Assembly (NCBI GenBank): GCA_965603515.1
Contig: CBFDDH010000004.1
Location: forward strand, 11,929 to 75,928
Source of the DNA: an uncultured bacterium
Lineage (GTDB): Bacteria; Hydrothermota; Tepidihabitantia; SM23-42
Direction: 5' to 3'
DNA length: 64,000 bases
Of the stretch, positions 52,505-63,400 are shown one piece after another (the stretch's first letter is position 1; each line of letters starts with the position of its first letter). The translations under genes and the position numbers were made by a program. The notes below the pieces were generated by a model. The model worked only from the letters and a program-made list of their open reading frames with translations. It ran no database searches and was not told where the DNA came from.

Positions 52505-53821
52505 GTGATTATGAGCACCCTTACACAAGATAAAGCATCTGCTGATAATTACGCACGGTTGAAACGCATTTGCGAGAAGAAGGACTATATTTTTAATCCT
52601 AATCAGGATTGGATTGCCCAGGTTATCAGGCTCATGACAAACAATCAAAAGGAATTCGGGAAATATTTTTGCCCGTGTAAACAACACTATCCGGTTGATA
52701 CAAAAGCCGATATTGTTTGTCCATGTCCTACGCTCGATCAGGAAGTCGCTGATAATGGATGTTGCCATTGTCGGCTCTTCTGCAAAAAGGATTTCAAACA
52801 AGAGAAGTTTGATATTCTTGAGACAATAACCTGCCCTGGTTGAGCGTCAAAAATGTCGGCTGCGCAGTTAGCGCAGGCACTTGCAATCCTTGACCGTCCA
52901 GCAGACAAGAATCTATTGGTCGGCGTTAATACCGCAGATGATGCTGGAATTTATAAAATCAGCGAGAATTCAGCGATAGTTTACACGATCGATATTCTTA
53001 CTCCGGTCGTGAGAAACCCGTATATCTACGGCCAGGTAGTTGCAGCAAATTCGATTTCAGATATCTATGCGATGGGCGGTGAGCCCAAGCTCGCCTTGAA
53101 TATCATGGGTTTTCCTGGAAATGGCGACCCGGAAACTATGGGCGAAATTCTACGCGGCGGTCAGGACAAAGCAAGAGAAGCTGGAGTTTTAATAATCGGG
53201 GGGCACACTTTTGTCGCCAAGGAAATTAAATACGGTCTTTCAGTGATCGGCTACATTCATCCGGATAAAATAATCACTAATGCTAATGCAAAACCAGATG
53301 ATCTCATTATTCTGACCAAGCCGCTTGGCACCGGGGTGATCGTTCAATCTGTCTTGGCCGGTAAAAAAGAGGGAGTGGATCTTAATCCAGTTCTTAAAGC
53401 AATGACCATGCTCAATCGTGATGCCTCGGTAGCGATGAGAAAAGCCGCTGTTCATGCGGCTACTGACGTTACTGGTTTTGGGTTAGCCGGGCATCTCGTG
53501 GAGATGGCCGAAGCAAGCCGGGTCGGTATTGAAATTAAACTTGCCAAGCTACCGCTACATGAAAAGGTGATCGAGCTTTTGAAACTTGGCATTGAAGATC
53601 CCGGTATTACAATGAACCGCGGTTCTTTTGCTGACCATGTAACAGGTAAGCATGCAGATGATCTGCGGGCAAAATTAATCTTCAGTTCAGAAACATCGGG
53701 CGGGCTGATTATTGTTCTGCCTGAAGAGAGACTTGATATCTTCAAAAAGCATTACGGCGGTCTGGCACCGGTCATTGGACGAGTAACAAGAGAAAACCCA
53801 GGACAGGTAATTGTACAGTAG
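52505..53821 (+). CDS. selD: selenophosphate synthetase (selenide, water dikinase) with in-frame UGA (52841-52843) read as selenocysteine, and N-terminal ferredoxin-thioredoxin-reductase-like Cys-rich domain
   Basis: Track ORFs 52505..52843 and 52853..53821 share one frame and are separated only by the TGA. Read-through gives ...DILETITCPG-U-ASKMSAAQLAQALAIL..., which aligns with E. coli SelD HGAG-C17-GCKISPKVLETIL and puts the UGA at the catalytic Cys/Sec position. The rest is the PurM-like SelD fold (NLLVGVNTADDAG, SDIYAMGG, TDVTGFGLAGH). Hairpin ctgcgc-agtta-gcgcag lies 16 nt after the UGA. The upstream ~110 aa carry CPC-X13-CPC-X12-CHC. Confidence 0.7.
52860..52876 (+). promoter_or_regulatory. 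putative bacterial SECIS hairpin for the selD UGA
   Basis: CUGCGC-AGUUA-GCGCAG: 6-bp GC-rich stem, 5-nt apical loop containing GU, starting 16 nt downstream of UGA. Confidence 0.45.
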
Positions 53822-53883
53822 TGCCGTATAGCTTAGAATTCATCATCATATGTGATCCCTGATATTTCAAGAGCGGATGCACT

Positions 53884-55191
53884 TTGATTGTATCTAACAA
53901 AACTCTCATTTTCATTTTTTTTCTCACCCTGATCATACGGATTCCATTAGTTATTACTTCTGGTGACAGAACACTGGAAAATGAATTTTGTGTTTTAGTA
54001 CATAATCTACTCAATAATCAAGGATATTCTTTTTTTTCAGTTGACAATAACGGAGAGATCGTACAACACATTGTTCACAACCCCAGAGCATCGCTTCCCA
54101 CCGCGACTATTCCTCCAGTTTACCCTCTTTTTCTTGCCGGGATATGTTCTGTGTTTGGAACAGGTCTTGATGTAATCATCCTCATTAAGATAATCCAGGC
54201 ACTCATCGGGGCTCTGTGTTGTATTATTTTATACTGGATAGTCGCCCTTAAATTCAATGAGAGATCAGCTTTTGTGTCGGCACTTCTGTTCTGTTTCTAT
54301 CCTATTCTTGTGTATCTTTGTGGCCAGATCAGTGCAGCAAACGTATATGTGTTCATTAACCTCGTGCTCTTGTTCTTGTTATTCAAAGGCGAGAAAACAG
54401 GAAAGATAAGATGGTTCCTCCTTGCCGGGTTAGCTTTTGGTCTTTTGCTGTTGTCAAGAGCCGAGGTCATTCTTTATGCGCCCTTTATCCTCTTATGGAT
54501 TTCTCTTGTCCTTTGCACAAGCAGGGCAAAGAGGATTTCTGTTTTTGCAGTGGCAGCCATTATTATCTGGGCGCCGTGGGCGTACAGAAACTATAAGCGG
54601 TTTGGTGCATTTGTGCCTCTTACAACACAGGGGGGCTATAATCTTTGGCAAGGACAGAATCCACAGGCGACCGGGACACGAAGTCAATATACAGATCCTC
54701 CATTTCAGATTTCACCTGAAAAAAGGGAAAAGATATTATCTTTGCGACCAGGTGTGAAGTATGAACTCGAATTGGATAAGATCTATATGAACGAAGCCCT
54801 TATGTTTATGACAAAACATCCAACGGAAGTATTGAAACTCGCCTTACGGAAATTCGTTTTCTACTGGGGATATTACTGGGGGATCAAATTCACCTATCCC
54901 GGGGCGCGATCAGTAGCATATTGGCTGCCGTGGTTTATCTTATTGCCTTTCTTTATGATAGGCTTGATCCATTCAATAAAGGACGTCAGGAAATATTGCC
55001 TTTTTCACGTGTACTTTATCCTTTCAACTTTGATCGCTATGCTGTTTTTCGTGATACCGAGATACCGGTTGTTCATATTGCCACTGATCTTTCCTTTTGC
55101 CGTGGAAGGATTCTTTTATTTTCTTACTTATTGTGCTCGGAGTTTCCTCCCCACATATACCAACCGTCGTCCTGTGCGTCACCAGTCTTGA
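53884..55191 (+). CDS. family-39-like glycosyltransferase (ArnT/PMT-type polytopic membrane glycosyltransferase)
   Basis: About 11-12 TM helices. N-terminal loop with conserved acidic/Arg residues (LIIRIPLV...), C-terminal YRYR-type motif. Typical length and hydropathy of GT39/GT83 enzymes. Confidence 0.65.
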   Translation: MIVSNKTLIFIFFLTLIIRIPLVITSGDRTLENEFCVLVHNLLNNQGYSFFSVDNNGEIVQHIVHNPRASLPTATIPPVYPLFLAGICSVFGTGLDVIILIKIIQALIGALCCIILYWIVALKFNERSAFVSALLFCFYPILVYLCGQISAANVYVFINLVLLFLLFKGEKTGKIRWFLLAGLAFGLLLLSRAEVILYAPFILLWISLVLCTSRAKRISVFAVAAIIIWAPWAYRNYKRFGAFVPLTTQGGYNLWQGQNPQATGTRSQYTDPPFQISPEKREKILSLRPGVKYELELDKIYMNEALMFMTKHPTEVLKLALRKFVFYWGYYWGIKFTYPGARSVAYWLPWFILLPFFMIGLIHSIKDVRKYCLFHVYFILSTLIAMLFFVIPRYRLFILPLIFPFAVEGFFYFLTYCARSFLPTYTNRRPVRHQS

Positions 55192-56563
55192 TTCCATAAA
55201 GCATGCCATTATCACAGGAGATAAAGACCATGCCGTGTGCGACTGCGGGTTGAAAGCTAATCGATGCGTCGACGTTTTCTTTCCAGAGAACTTTGCCGTC
55301 TTTTTCTCTAAGGCAGAAAACATCACCACTGCCTGAACCAAGAAACAGCTTCTTATTAGCATAAGATGGCGGTGAAAAAACCCGTCCGCCAATACCTTCT
55401 TCGCTTAAATCATCGTATTTTTTCGACCATTTCTGTTTACCCGAAGTCACATCCAATGCCTGGATTTCATTACCCATGGCATTGTAGGAGTAGCCGTTTT
55501 TAATGACTGGTCTTGACCCTTGATATGCCCAGCAGCCAGCGACTGAGTACATACCGATATTATCCTTAGCCTGGCCTAATTTGGCGGCCGAAGGTGCTGA
55601 TCCGAATCCCACACTCGCATCGAGTTCAGCTTGAGCACTGGTTTTCGCACTAGCACGACCATAGGAAAGATAAGGTGCTTCTCTTTTTGACCAGAGTTCT
55701 TTTTGTTGCTGCTCGCCATCTCTGTCATCAAGCGTTGCTATGCCTTCATATTGTTTGATCTTATCGCCATCTTTTAGTTCTTGGCGCAAGCTTACGAAAA
55801 TCCGGTCGTTATAAATAGTCGGTGCACACGTAGCTTGTTTTTTCCGAGACCAGACGAGTTTACCATTTTTTGTTCTGTAACGATATACGGTTCCATCAAA
55901 GCACGTGATATAAACTGAACCGTCATTAATGACCGGCGCCGAGATCAAATCGCCAGCTATGCTTACATCCCAGACCTCTTTGCCTTTATCTAGGGTCATA
56001 CATGCAAGGTGATGGGAGCCATCATTGCCCGGGTATGCCATATAAACATACTTGTCATCAATTGCTGGCTGGCTCATAAGAGGATCACCAAGCCACTTTT
56101 CCCAGACTTTTTCACCGGTTTTTGCTCTCAGCACGTAAATTATACAGGACTCGGTATTAAAGACAACATAACCTTTTCTGACTACTGCCGCAGTAGGACC
56201 ATCATCACCGGTTTTGAACATCCATGCGAGTTTACCGGTTTTAGCTTCCAGCGCATAGAATTCATAGCTGCCATATCCGCCGCCGACAAAAATGAGTCCG
56301 TCTTCATAGGCGACAGTGGCTAATGGACGGTTACCCGGGATCTGAACTTTCCAGCCAGTGCGACCAGCCTTGAATTTGAGTGGTTGAGGTTGGATTCCCT
56401 TTGTTTCTGGCCCGCTTCGCATCAGTTCTTCGTCATAAGATGGATTTTCTTCTAATACACTTTCTTCTTGGGTTGCTTTTTTTGCAGATTTTGGTACATC
56501 TTCGATCTGGGATATGCCAAAGCACAAAAGCACCAGACCTATAATAATAATCCTGATTCTCAT
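55124..56563 (-). CDS. PQQ-like beta-propeller repeat protein (BamB-like), secreted
   Basis: Signal peptide, then repeated ~40-aa PQQ/WD-like blades (G.LVW.....G......PA..DG.VY....DG.LY.L....G...W). Confidence 0.75.
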   Translation of the reverse strand: MRIRIIIIGLVLLCFGISQIEDVPKSAKKATQEESVLEENPSYDEELMRSGPETKGIQPQPLKFKAGRTGWKVQIPGNRPLATVAYEDGLIFVGGGYGSYEFYALEAKTGKLAWMFKTGDDGPTAAVVRKGYVVFNTESCIIYVLRAKTGEKVWEKWLGDPLMSQPAIDDKYVYMAYPGNDGSHHLACMTLDKGKEVWDVSIAGDLISAPVINDGSVYITCFDGTVYRYRTKNGKLVWSRKKQATCAPTIYNDRIFVSLRQELKDGDKIKQYEGIATLDDRDGEQQQKELWSKREAPYLSYGRASAKTSAQAELDASVGFGSAPSAAKLGQAKDNIGMYSVAGCWAYQGSRPVIKNGYSYNAMGNEIQALDVTSGKQKWSKKYDDLSEEGIGGRVFSPPSYANKKLFLGSGSGDVFCLREKDGKVLWKENVDASISFQPAVAHGMVFISCDNGMLYGIKTGDAQDDGWYMWGGNSEHNK

Positions 56564-56886
56564 ATCTTCCTCCTTCTTCTGTATAATATTACAATCCTTT
56601 GGAGATTATATTCCAATCATTTCGTTATTCAAGAGGTGAATATTGACCACTTAGAATTATGTAGTGGCAGAGGTTCCGCCTAAGACGGATCTGTCTATGG
56701 CATGATACTCTACGATCTTAGAAACAAAAGTCGAGTCCCAATTTATCAAGATGTAGTTATGATCGCAGGTCGAGAATCGTCGTTAAAGGCGGGATAATCT
56801 CTTTGTTTCCTAATGTTCTTATCCCTTGACTTTAGCTTATTTTTGTTTATATTTAACTAAGTGATTTGTTACAAAAGGAGATTAGA

Positions 56887-57174
56887 ATGAAAATATATGC
56901 AGGACATTTGTCGTACGATATCACCGAAGAGGACTTGCGGTTGGCTTTCGAAGCATTCGGCAAGGTTGAATCCGCCACCATTATAAAAGATAAATATAGT
57001 GATCGATCAAAAGGGTTTGGATTCGTGGAGATGCCCACTGCAGCTGAAGCGCAGGCTGCAATCGAGGGGCTAAATGGTAAAGACTTAAAGGGAAAAACGA
57101 TTAACGTGAATGAGGCACGCCCTCGAACAGAAGGTGGTAAGGGTGAAGGACGTGGTGGTGGCCGTCGTTTCTAG
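56887..57174 (+). CDS. RNA-binding protein with single RRM domain and Gly/Arg-rich tail
   Basis: RNP2 (KIYAGHL) and RNP1 (KGFGFVEM) motifs, C-terminal GGKGEGRGGGRRF. SD AAGGAGA 7 nt before ATG 56887. Confidence 0.85.
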   Translation: MKIYAGHLSYDITEEDLRLAFEAFGKVESATIIKDKYSDRSKGFGFVEMPTAAEAQAAIEGLNGKDLKGKTINVNEARPRTEGGKGEGRGGGRRF

Positions 57175-57371
57175 TCATTGGCATACAATAGAATTATAAT
57201 ACTACCAAATAAAATTCCGTTTAACAAAACGCTGCACGGGTTGCTAACGGTTACCCGTAGGCTTTGTCGTTATACAGTAGTGATGATTTGAATTGGGCTA
57301 ATACGATTCTTTTTCTTAATATCTGGATTTTGGGTTTAATTTAAAATCGCAAATCTACGATCTGAAATGCA

Positions 57372-58202
57372 TTAAATCCTTTTTCTAAACCCCTGACCTA
57401 ATACTTCAAATACATCGGTTAATATAACAAATGCCTTTTCGTCGATCCCCTTGATCAATGATTTGAAACTGTGGGTTTCTTTTTTAGTGATGACGCACAG
57501 AATAACCGGTTTCTTTTCTTTTGTGTATGGTGAGTATCCATCAAGGATTGTAACGCCCCGTTTCATCCTTTCGTATATTTCATCAGTGAGTTTCTCGTGC
57601 TCATCGCTGATTATGAAGGCGGCGCGTGCGTAATTCATGCCTTCAAGCACGAGGTCGATGACCTTAGACGAAAGAAATAGAGCAAGGTAGCCTAAAAGCG
57701 CTAATTCAATAGAGCCGGTAGTAATACCAGCCAGGGTTATGACCACGAAATCAACGATCATTATCCACATCCCGACTGATAAATTGGTTTTCCTGGTGAG
57801 GAGTTGTCCAGCAATATCAGTACCACCAGTACTTGCTCCAGCACGAAAGATGAGACCCAGGCCAAGTCCTAAAAGCAAACCACCATAAAGTGCGCCAAGT
57901 ATCACATTGTCCGTTGGTGTGGTTATTTTGAGTGTATATATGAAAAAGTCGATCAGGATATTAGTAATGAAAATTGCAATAATTGATTTCACTCCAAAGC
58001 GGAGCCCCAAAATTTTGAAGGCAACAAGGAAAAGAGGGATATTTAGAATTATCGTGATAATACCTACTGGCGAACGGTATAAGAAGTGCAATAGCATGGC
58101 AATCCCGGTTACGCCGCCAGGGACGATTTGATGCGGGATCAAGAATACCGCATAACTCAGAGCGCATAGCACACAACCGACAATTATGTATATTATCTTC
58201 AT
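57372..58202 (-). CDS. YitT-family membrane protein (DUF161 transmembrane region + DUF2179 C-terminal domain)
   Basis: Five TM helices with GGxTG-containing motifs (PGGVTGIAML, GASTGGTDIAG), soluble C-terminal domain. Confidence 0.75.
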   Translation of the reverse strand: MKIIYIIVGCVLCALSYAVFLIPHQIVPGGVTGIAMLLHFLYRSPVGIITIILNIPLFLVAFKILGLRFGVKSIIAIFITNILIDFFIYTLKITTPTDNVILGALYGGLLLGLGLGLIFRAGASTGGTDIAGQLLTRKTNLSVGMWIMIVDFVVITLAGITTGSIELALLGYLALFLSSKVIDLVLEGMNYARAAFIISDEHEKLTDEIYERMKRGVTILDGYSPYTKEKKPVILCVITKKETHSFKSLIKGIDEKAFVILTDVFEVLGQGFRKRI

Positions 58203-58265
58203 GTTTTGATTTGTCCGGGTAAGATCTTAATACCCTTTAATATTGGTATTTGTCCGAGCACGTCG

Positions 58266-60434
58266 CTAAAATGAAATCTGCTGTTTTTTGTCAGTCTTAC
58301 CAGAATCCTTCCCAGATTTCTTGCCAGAGCCTACTTGTGCTTCACGCAACCTTGCAATGAATACCTTTATTTTTTCCAGTTCTTTTTTCTTCGAGGCGAT
58401 ATCTTTATCGAGGTTCTCTTTGTCACCATTCAATTTAACAATATTAGTCTTCATACCGTCCAACTTAGCGACGAGTGTAACGGCTTCCTTTTTCTTACCC
58501 TGGAGTTCAACGAGTTCTTGTTTCGTATCTTTAAGTTTTGCCTTTTGGTCTTCAATCTCAGTGTTGATATCAACAAGTTCCTGTCGTCTTTTATCCAATT
58601 TAGATATCATATTTGCCTCAATGACTTTGGCTTTTTCTGTTCTTCCCGTGACCTCAGAGTGTTTTATTTTTAGGTCGCCAACCTTGGCGTCCAGTTCATC
58701 GACATTCTTTGTCATTTTATCAACTTCAGTTTTGTACTTGTCGCGTTCTTTCAAGAGGTCCTTTGTTTCTTTCTTCAGTTGAGTAGCCGATGTTTCTTCT
58801 TCTTTTTTCAGGAATTCCAGCTTCTCAGTAAGCTTGTTTACCCTCTCATCTCTTTCTGTGATTTTTCCTTCGATAAGAGATAATTCCTTCTTACGAGTAT
58901 CGAGCAATTGTTTGACGTTTTCGTCTTGTTCAACTGCCAATTTGATATCCTCATATTCTTCCTTCATCTTAGGCAACGAAGTTGTTATTTCTTGATAATC
59001 ACCTTCAATTTCCTTTAACTTGGCTTCTTTTTCTTTGAGATCCTCAGCAACCTTTATCAATTCGATCTTTTTCTCCTGGAGGTCCTTATTGATCGCTTCG
59101 TATTTGTCGGCTTCTGGTTTAAGCTCGGCGATTTTCTTTTTCGCAAGCTCGATTGATTTACCTAGTTCTTGGGCTTCTCCTTTTCGAATATCGAAGTCTT
59201 GTTTTATTTTATTGTACTCGGGTTCTATTTTCCTCAGTTCTTTTTCTTTTTCTTTCAGTTCTGCAACCTGTGGTTTCAGCTCGTTGTATTCTTCACGGAT
59301 GCTATCGAGCTTGCCGCTAAGCTGATCAGATTGTTGCTGGTTCTTAGACAGCTCTTTTTCCAGGGCGATATTTTCTTTCTTTCTGTCTTTGTACTTATCG
59401 TCGAGTTCCTTGAAGGATGTTTCCATTGTTCCAAACTCCAGCTGGAACTGGGAAATATTCGAGACGAGTTCTGCTTCTTCCTCTCTCATCTTCTTAAGCT
59501 CTTCATTTATCTTATCGTGTTCTTTCTTAAGTTTAACTAGTTCCTTATTGTCTTTCTCCAGACTTTGTCTTTCCGCGGTCAAATTGCTGACGTCTTCGGT
59601 TAATTGCCCGAGGGCTTCGGTGTTTTCTTGGATTTCTGTTTTTATCTCGGCGATCTTGGTGGTTAGTTCCGGCTCCTCTGTTTTCATGTCCTCGATTGCC
59701 TTCTCGTATTGCCCCTTTGTTTCAGTCAGCGATTCAACTTCGGCGCTGAGTTTCGAATGTTGTTGTTCTTCTTTCTCGCGGCTCTTTTTCACAGTATCGA
59801 GTTCTTTACCAAGAGTATTTTTCTCTTCATTCATTATTTTCAAATCTTTTTCTGTAATCCGTAGGTCAGCAAGCGCATTGCGTAGGGTCTGTTCGACTTC
59901 CTGGTAATCGGTTTTCAATTCTTCGGTTTTCACTTTAATGCTATTGTATTGTCTTTCCTGGTCATTCTGACCTTTTTGAGTTTGCGTAAGTTCTTTTTCT
60001 ACGATATTGAGATCCTTGGATATGGAGGTATGGCGGCTTCTCATCTCTTTCATCTGACCGTCGAGCTTGCCTTTTTCTCCACTGAGCCGGTCAACATCTT
60101 TTCTCAAATCCTTTAAATTCTTTTCAAGTTTTTCTTTTTCTACGGAAAGTCTATTAATATCTTTTTGCGTTGAGTCAACCTTCCTGGCATCTTTGCCACT
60201 TGATTTTATGGATTCCTTAAGTGTTTTTTCTTCTTTCTTAAGGTTTTCAACTGTCTTTTTAAGATCCTCAAGCTCATCGGTTATTTCCATCTGAGACGAA
60301 TACGCATCGGCAATCTTGTCTTCCATTTCTTTGAGTTCTTTTTTCTTTTCATCGAGGCCACTTTCAGCCTGTTCGAGTTTTCCCAGTTTTTTCTCAAGAT
60401 CAGCTAAAATATCGGTGTCTTCTTTTTTTGCCAT
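58266..60434 (-). CDS. large K/E-rich coiled-coil protein, hypothetical
   Basis: 722 aa, almost entirely heptad-like, ~35% Lys+Glu, no TM or signal peptide. SD-like GGGGGTAAAATG upstream. Confidence 0.55.
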   Translation of the reverse strand: MAKKEDTDILADLEKKLGKLEQAESGLDEKKKELKEMEDKIADAYSSQMEITDELEDLKKTVENLKKEEKTLKESIKSSGKDARKVDSTQKDINRLSVEKEKLEKNLKDLRKDVDRLSGEKGKLDGQMKEMRSRHTSISKDLNIVEKELTQTQKGQNDQERQYNSIKVKTEELKTDYQEVEQTLRNALADLRITEKDLKIMNEEKNTLGKELDTVKKSREKEEQQHSKLSAEVESLTETKGQYEKAIEDMKTEEPELTTKIAEIKTEIQENTEALGQLTEDVSNLTAERQSLEKDNKELVKLKKEHDKINEELKKMREEEAELVSNISQFQLEFGTMETSFKELDDKYKDRKKENIALEKELSKNQQQSDQLSGKLDSIREEYNELKPQVAELKEKEKELRKIEPEYNKIKQDFDIRKGEAQELGKSIELAKKKIAELKPEADKYEAINKDLQEKKIELIKVAEDLKEKEAKLKEIEGDYQEITTSLPKMKEEYEDIKLAVEQDENVKQLLDTRKKELSLIEGKITERDERVNKLTEKLEFLKKEEETSATQLKKETKDLLKERDKYKTEVDKMTKNVDELDAKVGDLKIKHSEVTGRTEKAKVIEANMISKLDKRRQELVDINTEIEDQKAKLKDTKQELVELQGKKKEAVTLVAKLDGMKTNIVKLNGDKENLDKDIASKKKELEKIKVFIARLREAQVGSGKKSGKDSGKTDKKQQISF

Positions 60435-60454
60435 TTTACCCCCTATGGTTTCGC

Positions 60455-63400
60455 CTAAACCATATTAGCAATTCTTTCCTCCCGATTGGCGGGTTGGGCT
60501 GGAATTGACCACCGTTTTCCTAATGGACAAACATATTTTGTCCTCACCAACCCCAGGGGATGTGGTTTAATTCCTAAAATATCCGGTTGTACCGCGAGAC
60601 TTTGAAGTCGATGAAAGAAAAAGACACCGGGTGCTTCATCTAGTATCTTTTTCTCAATCTGTCGGTACAAACTAATTCTTTGGTTCAAGTTGCGTATTTT
60701 TCGTGCTTGATCAATATCACGGTCAATTTCAGAGGAAGAGAAGAAAAATGTGTTACCTGGTCTGCCATGTGATGCCGAGTGGAACAGAGGATACACAAAG
60801 TTATCAGGATCACCATTATCACTGACCCACCCCCGAAAAGAAAGTGTGGATTCGCAGGCATAAGTTCTTTCGATCAAATTTTGCCATGGCATAGGGTTTA
60901 TATCGATGCGTACCCCAATTGCCATGAGGCTCGTTTTGATGAACTCAGCCTGTTTTATTGCGGCTGGTGTGTCACTTATATCGAGCGCATATATACTGGG
61001 CAAACCACTGGGAAAGCCGGCTTCGCTCAGCAACCTTTTGCTTGTTGCCGGATTAAATTTGTAACCTTCCAAACGGTGATTAAAGACTTCCATTGAAGGT
61101 GGAAAAACCCCTTTTGCCCTTATTGCAGAACCTTTGAAAAACATATTCACTAATTGGTTTGTGTTAATAGCATGTGCGAGAGCTTGCCTGACCTGTTTGT
61201 TATCAAACGGTTTTTTCTGACAATTAATGCATAAATATAGTATCCCGAGTTCAGGGATGGTGTGGAGTAATTTTGGCATTTCAGCCCGCATTCGCTTTAA
61301 CGCATCACCGGTAGGCTGGAAAATCGATAGTGCGCGTTTTTTAAAGAGTTCATACCCCATATTCTCATCTTTAATAGTAAGAAAGTATAGTTCATCTACA
61401 GTGGGTCTCCCCTCAAAATAATGTTCATTAGCCTGAAGGATAATTCTATTTCCTTTTTCCCAGGCGATCAATTTGAAAGGTCCCGCACCAATCGGCAATT
61501 CATCATCCAGGTATGGGTCAGCGATATCACATGCCAGGTTAGCAAGAATCGGAAGAAATGGGTATTCCAAGCTAAGTTTTAGAGTGGAACTGTCAATTAT
61601 TTTTATCCCGAGCGCGGTTCTTTGTTTGCTTTCAGCGAATTCTGCGGCACCCGTGATCATATCAAAAAGACTACAATTTGGTCCCTCAAGAGCCCGGATA
61701 ATTGATTCCCTGATATCCTCAACCATAATTGGCCTGCCATTCTGATATTTTAAGTTTTCGCGCAGCCGGAAGATATATTCTCGACCATCCTGTGATACTG
61801 AGTAATTTTGGCAGAGCCCAGGGATTATATCCGCTCCATCGCCGAATTGAAACAGTCCAGATGAATAGTTGTAGATCACCCGGTGAGAATTGACATCAGT
61901 CTTCACATCGGGTCTCAGGGTTAACGGATCGCTAGGTAAGTTGACCGTTAATATCTTCTTTGTTCTAATATATCCTGGCGCTTCACCTTTTTTGTGAACG
62001 AATAACCGATCGAATGAACTGCCCGCTTTAGAAATTTGATCAATAACCCCTTCGTAGTTATCCCACGCATTACTGAGTGTTGTATTTTCTTTATCTAAGC
62101 TGGTGATGATTTTCGAAATTTCCTCGGCTTGTTCCTTTTCTTCACCAAACACACGGCTGATGTCATCGAGGAATATTCTTATTTTCGAATAATCCGGTGG
62201 TTTGATCTTTCCTGAACGCGCCACCATCTTTTCTTTATTCAAGACATGAGCATCTTTTTTTACCAGCGTTAGTTGTGGAACAATGTCGGCGAATGCCTGC
62301 TCGGTTTCTGCTTCAAGCTGGATAAACTCATCCACGATAGGGGAGATAATGTCCTGGTATTCTGAGCTTCGGCCCTGTTCGATTTTCGCAAAGACAGACA
62401 GGGTTTTGATCTTATTGAAAATTTTACCGGTTGAAGAAACAAGTACCTCAATCTTCTTGATCTCAGAACTTAAATTCTTACCCAGATCATTCAGGCGTTC
62501 ATAGACATTTTGTATTTCATCCAGGAAATTTTCAATCTGCTTACCCAAATCAACGATTTGTGCCATATCCGTACCCAGAGCTTCCTTGTATCCATGAATT
62601 TCTTTAATAGAGTTATTGAGTTCCACTATTTGACCGGTCATATTGCCAATACTTTGGTAGATCTTATGCGGGAACAGTGGGGGTTGTTTGCCGGTTGAGA
62701 ACTTACCTATGGTTGTTATATTCTCCTGTAAAAAAAAATTATATTGTTGTTCAATAAACGATATACCTGAATTTTCAAAATCAGTTGAGGTTTGTTCCTT
62801 AACTGATGAACAAATAGTGCTTAGAACACTTAATGTCTGCGCAAGAGAATTAATTTGTTTACAGTGAACTGAGATATCGTCGATTGTATTCATCGATGTG
62901 AGGAACTGGTTTTTTAGAACACTTAATCCTTCGGAAACAGTGGCTTTTAGTTCCTGGTTAACGCTGCTATTTTCTTCCAGTTGGGTAATTATGTTCTGCA
63001 GTGATACAGTTGTGTCATCGATCGTCTTCAGGGATTTAAACGATTGTTTCAGTAAAACACGTGCACGTGATGAGAGTTCGATTGTTTTTCTCAGTTCCTC
63101 GACTACTGGGCGGACGATTTGCTCAAGGTTATTCAGCAAAGCACTGAAATCATGGAATGGAAGTTGGGCAAGCTGGGCAAGTGAAAGGCACTCTTTAGCG
63201 ATAATTGCCAACCCCTTACCTTCTTTTTTTGCGTGGTGAGCGCGTATTTCTGTATTCTTGGAAAGACTAGCCAGGGATTGAGCTGATTTAATAAAGAGAT
63301 CTGCGTTGTTCTGGATTTGCTGTGACCTGTTGATCAATGACTTCAGAAGTTCATTGAGGTTCAGCAGCCGGTCACTAATTTGCTTCATAGTATCTTCGTA

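Noticed and set aside
58288-60294. Multiple 75-170 aa ORFs on the + strand opposite the coiled-coil gene (S/F/L-rich translations).
   Set aside because: Low-complexity antisense translations of the K/E-rich coiled-coil coding sequence; spurious.
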